A stretch of DNA of 38,026 bases from a virus (Duplodnaviria > Caudoviricetes), in the IMG/VR virus record IMGVR_UViG_3300007986_000034, positions 1-38,026 of that record, one strand, 5' to 3'. The translations under genes were made by a program, and so were the position numbers. Numbering within the stretch: the first letter of the stretch is position 1; each line of letters opens with the position of its first letter. Positions 8,865-18,088 of the stretch are shown here, one piece after another. The notes beneath the pieces were generated by a model. The model worked only from the letters and a program-made list of their open reading frames with translations, ran no database searches and had not been told where the DNA came from.

Positions 8865-10245
8865 CTTCTTCGCCAAGATTGTTCAGAAGAAGTTCTTCTT
8901 GCAATTCTTCCATCTCTTCGTCAAAGGTAAGCTTTGTATATCCTCTCTCAGCCAGCACCTTATGAATGCTCTTCAGAGACATCGGAGCTCCTTGACCTTT
9001 CGCGATCATCAGCTTATTGAGATCAGCAGGAGCGAAGTCAACAGAACGAAAGTCAATGCTAGCGTTCACGTTTACGCTTTCAGGATCAAGACCTAGCCAT
9101 TCAGCGATGTCGCGCAATGACTTTTCAAGACCTCCCGCTGCCGCATGAGCAACGCGCGTCAGCGACAATGCTTGAGAGGCGATCCTGGTTTTCAAAGCTT
9201 CACCGCTTTGATTATCAGCGACAGAAGCTAAGCCAAGAGACCTTTCTTCTGCTTCCTTCCTGTCGTTCTCGATCGCAGTTCTCTGTTCGCTCAGTCCGTT
9301 GCCTGAAACGCCTACATAGAAAGCGTCTCCTTCATGACCGACTTCAATGTAAGAACCATGTCCGATCCTTACATTCTCTTCATCGCTGTCTCTCATGACG
9401 TCTTTCAATACAAGAGTTTCTTGACCTTGCATGAAAAGATTTGAACGATAATCGGCGTCAGAGCGATAGATACCAAGACAGATACGAGCAAGACCGATGC
9501 TAGGAATTTTCCCAATTTCATGAGACAGGTCTCCGGAGTTGATAAAATGGAACGGGATATAAGAAAGAGTGTTGCCTCTGATCTGAGGAGCAGCCATGCT
9601 TTCAATATTGTAATCATCTTCAAAGAGACCGAAATGATAAGAAAGAAAAGAACCTTCTCCCTCCGACAATAGCTGCAAGACTCTATACTGTTCTTTCAGT
9701 CTCCAAACGAAGTCATTTACTTCGTAATCAGATTCGTCCAGAACGACCATGGACAGACCTTCATTCTTTTCATAGAACCAATTACGGATTGCTTCGGCTT
9801 TATAAATCGCGATAACAGGTTCAGGATTCGTTGTCATTCCGTCAAAGTCAGCCAGCAGTCCGAGTCTTCCGGTCAATAGCTGTTCGAAAGTGATCATGCG
9901 ATAAAGCTCCATTAGCGTTTCATCGCAAGGAGTCGCACGTTCAATCAGATATTGCATACTTGGCGGAAGCTCAACCTGGATTTCTTGTCGGTTGATCATG
10001 CTCACCATGCGATCAACAGACGTTTGAACGTAATCTGGGAATCTCGCTCTTTTCAGATAAGAGGCATATCTTTTTGACCCAAGCTCCTCTGAACCAGACA
10101 TGCCGTCAGCGATCATCGTGTCAGTAGCAGGTAGATAAAGCGTTCTCTTTCTCTTTATCTCTGTCTCGCCTTCGTAACAATCTCTGACCATAGTCCAGTC
10201 ATCGATCGTTGAATCAAAACTAGGATGTGTCGCTTTGACGGTCAT
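8851..10245 (-). CDS. portal protein (DUF4055-type)
   Basis: 464 aa after TerL; 'HP.F...W..VRDCYEG', 'YLKRARF', 'YRSDADY', 'SGEALK'. Confidence 0.9.
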   Translation of the reverse strand: MTVKATHPSFDSTIDDWTMVRDCYEGETEIKRKRTLYLPATDTMIADGMSGSEELGSKRYASYLKRARFPDYVQTSVDRMVSMINRQEIQVELPPSMQYLIERATPCDETLMELYRMITFEQLLTGRLGLLADFDGMTTNPEPVIAIYKAEAIRNWFYEKNEGLSMVVLDESDYEVNDFVWRLKEQYRVLQLLSEGEGSFLSYHFGLFEDDYNIESMAAPQIRGNTLSYIPFHFINSGDLSHEIGKIPSIGLARICLGIYRSDADYRSNLFMQGQETLVLKDVMRDSDEENVRIGHGSYIEVGHEGDAFYVGVSGNGLSEQRTAIENDRKEAEERSLGLASVADNQSGEALKTRIASQALSLTRVAHAAAGGLEKSLRDIAEWLGLDPESVNVNASIDFRSVDFAPADLNKLMIAKGQGAPMSLKSIHKVLAERGYTKLTFDEEMEELQEELLLNNLGEEDDDV

Positions 10246-11498
10246 TAGTTGACTCCTATCACAGAACCTGAGCTCATTGGTCTTAAAATCGGATGATGGA
10301 ATACGATCGGATATCCGAACGCGTCATTTTGATGATCATGACCAGAATGCTTGTCAGGCTCTCCTGACGAACTATATGTCTGTTGTTCTAAACATTCAGC
10401 CGTCACTGGACAAGTCTCGTCGTTCACTGCTACAATACCCTTGCTAAAGGCCATGTTGACAGAATTCACTCTGTCCCTCACTCTCGGATTCCTGCTATTG
10501 ACTCTTATGGCGAATCCAAAAGATTTTATGATAGACAGGTCTGAAGTTGAAGCGTTCTTTGAAGAAACGCTATTGCCGGAAGCATCTGGATAAACGGTTA
10601 TCTTGCTTCCTTCAAATTCTCTTTTGAGCCATTCGCAAACATCAGGAGTGTCTGCTCCATTGTCCAATTCTCTCACCTGATGCCATTTATTGCCTCTCAT
10701 GACAAAGACACAAGCCGCCATCTTGTTGGCGTTGAAGTCCATTCCGACTCTGATAGGTTCTCTCTTCCTATACCTTTCTTCAGAACGACATAACTCTCTG
10801 TCATAAGACCTGTACACTTTTCCGCTGGTGATGTTGCACCAGAGACCCTTCACATACGCTTCAACCAATTGCTCGTCGTATGTTTCTTTGAGTCGTTCAA
10901 CGTAGTCGGAATCAAGATGAGGATTGCTATACGTCGGAGCTCTTACGAACTTATATCCTTCGCCTGGATCTTTTCCCCATCTTGAGTAGGTGAAAGATGA
11001 AAATCCATGGTCCGGTGTCGTGTAAGCGAAAATTTGATTACGAAGCTTTTCTCCATCTGGAGCGCGAACGATTGATCTATTACGCGCTACAATCTTGTTC
11101 CAAACGTCCTGAGCTTTCTTTTTCGGAAGCGTATCAATCTCGTCAACATGAGACCGAAACACTTCGTATGCAACAATCCGCGCAGGATTGTCCATACTTC
11201 TCATGATGATCTGACTGCCGGTCTCAACCGTGCAGATGTGATCGCTCTTGTTCATTGTAAACCGAATTCTGGCCTTCGTCAGTTCTTCCTCCAGACGAGG
11301 CATCAGATTCAGTTTCAATAGATCGTATGTTGGGCAGTACGCTCCGACCCTGACACCTGGATTATGCAGAACATCTCTCAGAGCATTACAAATGAGAGAC
11401 TGAGTCTTTCCGCTTCCATATCCGCCAACGAACAACGGATAATTGTTCTCCATCAGAAATACTTCTGTCTGCGGTCCTGTCAGCTCTATGCGATTCAT
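10245..11498 (-). CDS. terL: terminase large subunit
   Basis: Walker A GGYGSGKT, Walker B HVDE, coupling motif YTTP, nuclease motifs GMDFN and DHQNDA. Confidence 0.95.
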   Translation of the reverse strand: MNRIELTGPQTEVFLMENNYPLFVGGYGSGKTQSLICNALRDVLHNPGVRVGAYCPTYDLLKLNLMPRLEEELTKARIRFTMNKSDHICTVETGSQIIMRSMDNPARIVAYEVFRSHVDEIDTLPKKKAQDVWNKIVARNRSIVRAPDGEKLRNQIFAYTTPDHGFSSFTYSRWGKDPGEGYKFVRAPTYSNPHLDSDYVERLKETYDEQLVEAYVKGLWCNITSGKVYRSYDRELCRSEERYRKREPIRVGMDFNANKMAACVFVMRGNKWHQVRELDNGADTPDVCEWLKREFEGSKITVYPDASGNSVSSKNASTSDLSIIKSFGFAIRVNSRNPRVRDRVNSVNMAFSKGIVAVNDETCPVTAECLEQQTYSSSGEPDKHSGHDHQNDAFGYPIVFHHPILRPMSSGSVIGVN

Positions 11499-11899
11499 TG
11501 ACCATTTTTCTCAATGAACCAATTGTAATGATTACTGATCCAGCAGTTGAAAACTCTGTCAGTCAATTGAAGATATCCGAATTCTATCTCAGTCACAAGC
11601 ATAGACGCAGGAATCAGAAAATTCCATTTGTCTCTGTTCATTCTGAATGCAACGATAGGAATCGGATTGTCTTCTTTCTCTCTAGCAGCTTGAACAACCT
11701 GTGTCCATGACATATAAAGATCAAGCTTTTCTCTTCGCTTTACCTCGAAGCAATATGGCTTGACACAGAGAATGTCTGCTCCACCTGAACGAACTTGCTC
11801 TAGATTTCTTTTCGGAGTGAAATCTAAAGACAAGACATTCTTGATGTATTCGGCGAACTCTCTTTCTCCGTTCGCTCCTTTCCTTCTTGCGTTAGCCAT
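11495..11899 (-). CDS. PD-(D/E)XK nuclease, Holliday-junction-resolvase-like
   Basis: 'RKGANGEREF...ADI...FEVKR'. Confidence 0.8.
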   Translation of the reverse strand: MANARRKGANGEREFAEYIKNVLSLDFTPKRNLEQVRSGGADILCVKPYCFEVKRREKLDLYMSWTQVVQAAREKEDNPIPIVAFRMNRDKWNFLIPASMLVTEIEFGYLQLTDRVFNCWISNHYNWFIEKNGQ

Positions 11900-12351
11900 C
11901 AGCTAGTCAGTTTCAGTAACACGCCGCGAACCTCATCTTCAGGAATTGAAGTCTCGCCGTCGATCATTGACTTGAGAAAGCGAATCGCTTCCAGCTTTGT
12001 CTTTCCGTCGAACCATTTTGAACCGCCTCCGTATGCGGTAGCGATGTCAATGGCTTCCTGGGTGAGAATGGACTTTCCTTCCGGAAGAGTGAATTTAGCA
12101 ATAAGCTTCAAAGCATTCATCAATTCATCTTTCTCTTCCTCGCTTGTTTTTTCTTCAAGGAGCGCAACAACGATCTCAGAAGAATCTTCAAAACTGACTC
12201 CAGATAGAATCATACGCTGAAAGGAAGCCAGCACTTCACAAGCGTAGAAGACGCAGAATTCGTTGTCCTGGTCTTTCAGACGCTTCTTGACTGCTCGCAG
12301 TTTGATGAACAGTCGTCGTGCTGAATCTGTTGGGAGAGGGCTCGCGCTCAT
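11899..12351 (-). CDS. hypothetical helical protein, candidate terminase small subunit
   Basis: First gene of the late arm; C-terminal 'KTKLEAIRFL' helix; the call rests mostly on position. Confidence 0.4.
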   Translation of the reverse strand: MSASPLPTDSARRLFIKLRAVKKRLKDQDNEFCVFYACEVLASFQRMILSGVSFEDSSEIVVALLEEKTSEEEKDELMNALKLIAKFTLPEGKSILTQEAIDIATAYGGGSKWFDGKTKLEAIRFLKSMIDGETSIPEDEVRGVLLKLTS

Positions 12352-12357
12352 GGCAGA

Positions 12358-12386
12358 AGTGTACCATATATAAGTTCGTTTAGCAA
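12358..12386 (-). promoter_or_regulatory. sigma70-type promoter of the late arm
   Basis: TTGCTA-17 bp-TACACT with extended -10; ATG lies only 6 nt downstream. Confidence 0.65.
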
Positions 12387-12563
12387 GTTTCAACCTCCTT
12401 GAAAATCATAAATTCAATAATTAAAACGAGTCTAAAAATAACAGTCAGTCAGACTCTTCAAAGAAGAAAGTTCACAAGAGTTATCAGAAAAAATCTTATG
12501 ATCAGAAAACGTCTTCAGTCGGAGATTCCGATCAGAATTCGAATCGAGGGCTCCCCGCGACGT

Positions 12564-12902
12564 TACCCTAGTTCTACCTAAGCTCTACCCATGCTAATTA
12601 CCCAACCTAATCTATAATAATAACAATAACTTAGCTGAACTCTGTCCTTCAAATGGGTAATTTTTTACCCTATGCTCACTCGGTCGCGACCCCTCTCACG
12701 CCCGATCTTAAAAATTACCCATGAAGTCACCTAAGTGATTGTTTTAATTAACAATTAGGTTGGGTATAGTCCGGGTAATAGTCCGGGTAAGTTACCCAAG
12801 TTGTCCCCCATCTGAATGCTTATAAAACAGTCACTTACAGGAACGACGTCCTCCAGCCTCGCCGCCTACCCATTTTTGCCGCAAACCGGCCAACCGCTAC
12901 CC
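12564..12902. repeat. iteron cluster, putative replication origin
   Basis: 12 TACCC/GGGTA pentamers, a 13-bp inverted repeat and IHF-like sites just past the 3' end of the primase gene. Confidence 0.7.
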
Positions 12903-12918
12903 AAGTTGCAATTTAAGA

Positions 12919-15147
12919 TCAAGAGAGATTTGTTAGCCATAACTTGAAATCTTCCGTCATTCCATACGCAATTGAAGCTCTGCTCGCTTCGCATCCTTTT
13001 ATTGTTCGTATTCTTTTGTTATCTAACTTCTTCAAGTATCCTTGTTCGCACAATTGATCAAGAAGAACGGTCAGTCCAGTGCTGCTCTTTATCCCAAACT
13101 TCGAAGACTTCTTGTTCAATTCTTTTATGATCCGATTATGCTTTGTCGCGAAGTTGATAGAAGTAAGAGTTATGACTTTTGCTCTAGCCATAGCAACAGG
13201 GAGAGAATACGAAGACGGCTTCGCCAATATCCTCTGAATTGCGTTAGCGATGACAAGCCATGTATTGTCATTTTCGCTACTGTCATGTTCTCGAAGAACA
13301 CCAGTAATTGCGCCAGCTTCTCTGTCGATAACGTGTTTGATTGTCCATTGATAAGTCTCCTTCTGTACTTCCTTGAATCCATTGAATACGTCAATCAATG
13401 AACAGATCTTTACTGCTTTCAACCAAGCTCTCGTATAAACGACTTTTCTGTAGTCGTCTCCATTGAGTCTTGCTTTGTTCTCTAGGTCAACAAAACGATC
13501 AGCTTCTTCATCTAGCCAATCTGGGATGATCACATGATTTATTTTTTGACCATTGACATTCGCGTTTTCACACCATTTCAAAGCTTCAGTCCAAAGTTCT
13601 TTTATCCTTTTCTCAACGTCTTTTTCAAATCGTTTTCTAGGACTTCTGTTTCTTTTTGGTTTCTCGACATTGAGTCTCAATATCCACATTCTAGGAAGCT
13701 CTCCATTGATGTCGCCATCAGTTTTAAGCATCGCATCAATGAAAGACTTTGGAGTTGACTCTTGAATGAGACTGAAATTAGGAGAGTGGATAACTGGTAG
13801 AGAATTTTCTTTACTGCTATATTCGTTCGCGCTTTGAACTTCGTCTGCTCCGGACGAACCATACATGGAAAGGATCGTAGCTTTCAATCCACTTGAGTCA
13901 CCGATGTCAGCTCCATTGATAAATCCGGCTTCAGTGATAACGCTGATTCTATTTGGACTGTCTGTGATCGTCCGCCAGAGAGCAGGAACGCCAGTATATC
14001 TCGCGGGACCGATAAACTTCCTTGCATTGATCGGGTCTATCTGACTATATGTCCGCTCTATGATCTTGCGGATCATGTCCTTTCCCATGCCTGTATCCAT
14101 AAGCAAGGAAATGTATATGTTCAGTCCCGTACCGGAGACATTATTGTTCCTGCCGACCAAAGGAGCCAGCATTCCAAGACATGTAGCAATAGCGACGCCT
14201 CTATACGGATAGTGAGCCATTTCATAAGCTTGCTCGCACATCTCTCCGAACTTGCCAGGAGGCCAGTTGAAGTCGTCTGCTGTTGGAATGTTCTCTGGCA
14301 ATTTGATCTCGGTTATGTTAGCCGAGTCTGCGTCTTCTTCTTGTTCTTTTGTCACCTTTTCAATAGCAGTTTGCGCACAATGCAAATGGTCACCTTCTGA
14401 GTACTCCGGAATAGGAGCAAGCGCAAGCATGATCGTGTCTAGATCACATCCTTTGTTCGCGAGCTTCATTGCAAGGCGCATGGCGGGTCCATGCTTATGA
14501 CCTTGCTCTATGCTTTTCTTCAAGTCGTCTGGAGTGTCAATCTTTTCAACAGCATTTTCAGAAGACTTTTGTTTCTTTACTTTCGTAAGTCCATCAGGGC
14601 AGAACGCCAGTTTCAGAGCCTCAAATTCATAAGGGTCTTCACGAAGATATCTCACCTTTACTAGCTGAGGGTCTTTCTTCTGATGAAGGAATCCAGGAAT
14701 GCGAAGAACGCGAGCTAGATCTCTAGCTTGCGGATCGCATCCATAGCAATCCACCATCACTTGCATCAAAGACTCCCACTCTTCGCGGTCGTCTGTTGAC
14801 GTCAGCCAGTAATAATGAAATTTCCCTCTGCTTGATTGAACGATCAGATTTGGTTTTAACGGCCATTCTGATCTTGGATTCTCCCTTGGCGCATCGTCCT
14901 CTACCCAGATCGCTCTCGCGGTCTTGAACATTCTCTTTGTTCTTTTGCGACCGAGGTCTTGTTGCTTGTCCAATTCGTTGACGCAAAAGAAAACTCCTCT
15001 TCCTTTTTTGTTGTCTCTTACCAGTTTCGGAAGAGCTTCTTCGAAGGAAGAGTGGTAATGATAGAACGTTCCAGACTCTTTGTCATTTACTGTTGCGAAT
15101 ATCTGTTTTCCAGGAAAATGCGATAAGAATTTTACCGCTGATTTCAT
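12919..15147 (-). CDS. RepB-type (AEP) primase fused to a DUF3987-like helicase domain
   Basis: 'VFFCVN', 'AIWVEDD', 'QSSRGKFHYYW', 'DLARVLRIPGF'; C-terminal Walker-A-like DTGMGKD; start MKSAV after GGAG. Confidence 0.85.
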   Translation of the reverse strand: MKSAVKFLSHFPGKQIFATVNDKESGTFYHYHSSFEEALPKLVRDNKKGRGVFFCVNELDKQQDLGRKRTKRMFKTARAIWVEDDAPRENPRSEWPLKPNLIVQSSRGKFHYYWLTSTDDREEWESLMQVMVDCYGCDPQARDLARVLRIPGFLHQKKDPQLVKVRYLREDPYEFEALKLAFCPDGLTKVKKQKSSENAVEKIDTPDDLKKSIEQGHKHGPAMRLAMKLANKGCDLDTIMLALAPIPEYSEGDHLHCAQTAIEKVTKEQEEDADSANITEIKLPENIPTADDFNWPPGKFGEMCEQAYEMAHYPYRGVAIATCLGMLAPLVGRNNNVSGTGLNIYISLLMDTGMGKDMIRKIIERTYSQIDPINARKFIGPARYTGVPALWRTITDSPNRISVITEAGFINGADIGDSSGLKATILSMYGSSGADEVQSANEYSSKENSLPVIHSPNFSLIQESTPKSFIDAMLKTDGDINGELPRMWILRLNVEKPKRNRSPRKRFEKDVEKRIKELWTEALKWCENANVNGQKINHVIIPDWLDEEADRFVDLENKARLNGDDYRKVVYTRAWLKAVKICSLIDVFNGFKEVQKETYQWTIKHVIDREAGAITGVLREHDSSENDNTWLVIANAIQRILAKPSSYSLPVAMARAKVITLTSINFATKHNRIIKELNKKSSKFGIKSSTGLTVLLDQLCEQGYLKKLDNKRIRTIKGCEASRASIAYGMTEDFKLWLTNLS

Positions 15148-15189
15148 CGGTTCTCCATCGCGAGTTACAGGTGAAAAGGTGGGACATAC

Positions 15190-15218
15190 ATTGTAGCTTA
15201 AAAAACAATTAAAAGCAA
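15190..15218 (-). promoter_or_regulatory. sigma70-type promoter of the primase gene
   Basis: TTGCTT-17 bp-TACAAT, the same hexamers as the capsid promoter. Confidence 0.7.
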
Positions 15219-15227
15219 TTTTGCAAT

Positions 15228-15256
15228 TTGCAATCATAGCGAAAATGAGTGATAAT
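15228..15256 (+). promoter_or_regulatory. divergent sigma70-type early promoter
   Basis: TTGCAA-17 bp-GATAAT upstream of the AAGGAG RBS. Confidence 0.65.
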
Positions 15257-15280
15257 ATAATCACCGCAAAGGAGAAGGTT

Positions 15281-15595
15281 ATGACCGACATGAATCACAT
15301 GAAAAAGTTTCAAAACGAATGCAACAGAATCAAGGGAGTTTCAGCAGGTTTCGTGGATGCGATGGGAAACGAATACATCGTCGTTATGACGAAAAGTCAA
15401 AGGAGGGAAGATCTCAAGTATATCCGGGTTAATTTTCAACAGATGGACTTTGCACATGTTTATCCATGCGAGGTCGTACTGAAGCCTGAAAGGATTGACA
15501 ATCTGATTAAAGCCGCGAGTAGCCTATGTGCAGTAACAAATAGCAAGCCGGAGTTGACCGCGCTGATCAAGGCAATCAGCGACATGGGGAACTGA
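15281..15595 (+). CDS. hypothetical protein
   Basis: ATG at 15281 after AAGGAG. Confidence 0.7.
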   Translation: MTDMNHMKKFQNECNRIKGVSAGFVDAMGNEYIVVMTKSQRREDLKYIRVNFQQMDFAHVYPCEVVLKPERIDNLIKAASSLCAVTNSKPELTALIKAISDMGN

Positions 15596-15596
15596 T

Positions 15597-15812
15597 ATGA
15601 AAATCCAGAAGATCATCCGACAGCATCGCAGAGATTTCACCGCGATCTACGAATGCGAGCATTGCGGTCATGAAATCGAAGCCAGCGGATACGACGATGA
15701 CAATTTTCACAGAAACGTAATCCCTTTATGGGAGTGCGATAACTGTCAAGAAAAGTCGACGGATAGTTATCGTCCAATTCAGACGAAGTATGCCGAAGGA
15801 GAAGTCGTATGA
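15597..15812 (+). CDS. small zinc-ribbon protein
   Basis: CEHC...CDNC; 'RRDF.A.YEC' and 'GYDD..FH..VIP' patterns. Confidence 0.75.
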   Translation: MKIQKIIRQHRRDFTAIYECEHCGHEIEASGYDDDNFHRNVIPLWECDNCQEKSTDSYRPIQTKYAEGEVV

Positions 15813-16105
15813 AAAGCTGGCATACTCTTTTCACGGTTGCACTTCTCCTTGTGGCGCTATACACGACGAAAGAGATCATTGATCTCAGGATGAGTCACGT
15901 TTATGTCACGGATTATCCTGACACGACAAGGATATGTACAAGAGAGAATGTAACTTGCGTTGGAACATTCGTGAACCGGAATCAACCAGAAGTTCTTTAC
16001 GTCTGTTCTGATTATGTAAAGATTCTCGTTAAACCTGAACGAGATGTCTGCGTTGAAAGACGCAAATTTACCAACCTGACGGAGGAAACAAATGGAAGAC
16101 TTTGA
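15809..16105 (+). CDS. membrane-anchored/secreted hypothetical protein
   Basis: N-terminal hydrophobic helix, 4 Cys, ATGA overlap. Confidence 0.65.
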   Translation: MKSWHTLFTVALLLVALYTTKEIIDLRMSHVYVTDYPDTTRICTRENVTCVGTFVNRNQPEVLYVCSDYVKILVKPERDVCVERRKFTNLTEETNGRL

Positions 16106-16715
16106 ACTGAAAATTGAAAACGTCAAGAAGTCTATCGACGAATTGACCGGCGAAGTAAGGCAAATGAGGAAAGTTCTCGATCAGGCCTTTTCTCTGACAA
16201 CAGATGACGCGCCGAAAAGAGCTTATCGCGTTGACGATGGCTTCTCGGTTGGGACTTCGATGGGGTGTCGGCGACATAAAGCGATCGATGAGGTCCTGGA
16301 TCGTTTCTCTGTCGGAGACAGATTCGAGAAAATGGTGGCGCAGAACGCGATTCGCTGGTTTGGTTTCTCTCCCGTGGATTATCCCGAGCTTGCACCTGAA
16401 AGCGAAGAAGAAAGGGAAGCTCTCCTTTTCTCCTACAATCGCAATTTCTTCCTCACCATGATTGACGTTGAGCTCGGAGAATTCGCGGTACAGAATGTTC
16501 CTGGTTCTTCCTCTCGCAGCACAAACATCTCTCATTATGGGGTCGTCTATGTGAACAGCAACAAGACCCCGAGCGAATGGGCTGAAAGTCATGCGAAGGA
16601 ACTTCTGAACGCTCCTGAAAGGTACAGGAAGATCGTAGAGCGTCAGGAAGCTCTGAACAAGGACGGAAGGGTAGGTCCGCGTCCATCACCTCTGCCGCCT
16701 GGATATGATCTATGA
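16092..16715 (+). CDS. hypothetical protein
   Basis: 207 aa with GGAGG RBS. Confidence 0.7.
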   Translation: MEDFELKIENVKKSIDELTGEVRQMRKVLDQAFSLTTDDAPKRAYRVDDGFSVGTSMGCRRHKAIDEVLDRFSVGDRFEKMVAQNAIRWFGFSPVDYPELAPESEEEREALLFSYNRNFFLTMIDVELGEFAVQNVPGSSSRSTNISHYGVVYVNSNKTPSEWAESHAKELLNAPERYRKIVERQEALNKDGRVGPRPSPLPPGYDL

Positions 16716-16936
16716 TTGGATTTCTTCTCATAGGTTTCATGTCTCTAAGCGTTGAATTCGACCTGAATGAAGTTTTTAGCTGTCAGGTCCAAGACGCGCG
16801 ATACAACGCTGACGATCTTGTTATGAAAGTCACTTGCAACGACGAGTTGATCTTCAAAGACTCTTTCGAAGGAGGTCAAGATTGCAATTTCATGACTTGT
16901 GAAGGAGTCTGCCCTCCGACTTGCATTCCTTTTTAG
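16712..16936 (+). CDS. small Cys-rich protein with an IFxDxFE motif
   Basis: Hydrophobic N-terminus, 'DELIFKDSFEGG', 6 Cys; ATGA overlap. Confidence 0.6.
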   Translation: MIGFLLIGFMSLSVEFDLNEVFSCQVQDARYNADDLVMKVTCNDELIFKDSFEGGQDCNFMTCEGVCPPTCIPF

Positions 16937-16952
16937 TCAGCGTACAATGACA

Positions 16953-16986
16953 GGTGAGGTCGTTCTCGCGACCTCACTTCCTCTTC
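16953..16986 (+). terminator. putative terminator hairpin
   Basis: GTGAGGTCG/CGACCTCAC 9-bp stem followed by a pyrimidine tract. Confidence 0.5.
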
Positions 16987-17000
16987 GCAAAGGGACAAAC

Positions 17001-17270
17001 ATGAAAATCAGATATTACATTTTCGACTCTTCTGATGAAGACTGCGAAATTCCAATAAAAGGAGAATTGATTCTCCTTCATGTCAATTCCTGTCGTTCGA
17101 GTCACTGCATTCATTTTTATGTGAAGGAAGATTCGGAAAGAAGAAATTACATTCACTCAAGAGACACTGGCGAAGAAGTTCCTGACGGAGCAAAGCATTT
17201 CGCTAGTCTTCCTCATCCTGAAAGACCCACTTTCGTGAAGCATTTCTTCTCTTCTTTCAAAGAGGTTTGA
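17001..17270 (+). CDS. hypothetical small beta-rich phage protein
   Basis: Start MKIRYYIF; 'DTGEEVP...KHFF' resembles the 17498 ORF. Confidence 0.6.
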   Translation: MKIRYYIFDSSDEDCEIPIKGELILLHVNSCRSSHCIHFYVKEDSERRNYIHSRDTGEEVPDGAKHFASLPHPERPTFVKHFFSSFKEV

Positions 17271-17272
17271 CA

Positions 17273-17492
17273 ATGATCAATCCATCCAAAAAAATCAAAG
17301 ACTGAAAATCTGCATCGTTGTTTTGCTAGTCTTGCCGCAGACAATGAAGGCTGCGAAGTCACTGTGAACAAGGAAGAGTTTCGGACCATTCTCGAAGAAC
17401 ATGTCCGCCTCTGTTCCAGAGAGCATGAAATCGCAAAGATTCTGAATCAGTCCGATAGGTTATTCGTTACCATGACTCTCGCAGGAGATTAA
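17273..17492 (+). pseudogene. hypothetical gene split by +1 nt in an A7 run
   Basis: AGAGG RBS and ATG at 17273; removing one A at 17288-17294 gives a 72-aa ORF ending at TAA 17492. Confidence 0.55.
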
Positions 17493-17497
17493 ACGTC

Positions 17498-17809
17498 ATG
17501 AGAAAAGTCATTTTGAGATCAGAAATGAATGTCGGCGAAGTCAGTGGGTTCATCACTTTCGACGCAGTTGACATGAAGCTTTTAGAAGTTCGCTTCTATA
17601 AAGGGAGAATTTCTTTCTGGCATCTTGTTTCGGATCACGGAAGCAAAACATTCAGGATTTCACAAGAAGTGAAGTGTTTGCTGACAGGTCAATACTTCTC
17701 TGACGATCACGTTAAAGGACTTGATTATGTCAAAACCATAATCGTTCCTCCTCCTGTCAATTTCATTCAACATATTTTTATTTCTTCATGGAAGAAGGTG
17801 GCAAAATGA
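17498..17809 (+). CDS. hypothetical small beta-rich phage protein
   Basis: AGGAG RBS; 'FWHLV...LTGQYF...YVKT...QHIF'. Confidence 0.65.
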   Translation: MRKVILRSEMNVGEVSGFITFDAVDMKLLEVRFYKGRISFWHLVSDHGSKTFRISQEVKCLLTGQYFSDDHVKGLDYVKTIIVPPPVNFIQHIFISSWKKVAK

Positions 17810-18000
17810 ACCCGGAAATCAAGTTTCTTCGTTGCGGCAAAAGAATCTACGAACTGAATGAAGATCAGAGCAAAGTCGTCAAGGACATGGCATTCGCTTC
17901 TCACAATGGAGCGAAAAGAAAGTCTCGCGAACTTCAGGCTGGAACTCAGCCGGGGACTACTCTGAAAGTCGTTTCCAAGATGCCGAGGAAATTCAATTGA
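17806..18000 (+). CDS. small basic hypothetical protein
   Basis: ATGA overlap with the upstream stop. Confidence 0.6.
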   Translation: MNPEIKFLRCGKRIYELNEDQSKVVKDMAFASHNGAKRKSRELQAGTQPGTTLKVVSKMPRKFN

Positions 18001-18088
18001 CTTTCATGAAGCCGAGACTTGACGACGAACATCTCTATGCTTGCACGAGATGCAGTCTCAGATACAGAACTGGATTTAGGAGAACGAC

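Noticed and set aside
12399-12581. 60-aa plus-strand ORF
   Set aside because: TTG start without an RBS in AT-rich intergenic DNA next to the origin; likely spurious.
17032-17049. CTGATGA...GAAA resembling a hammerhead ribozyme core
   Set aside because: No stem II or flanking helices, and it lies within a CDS.
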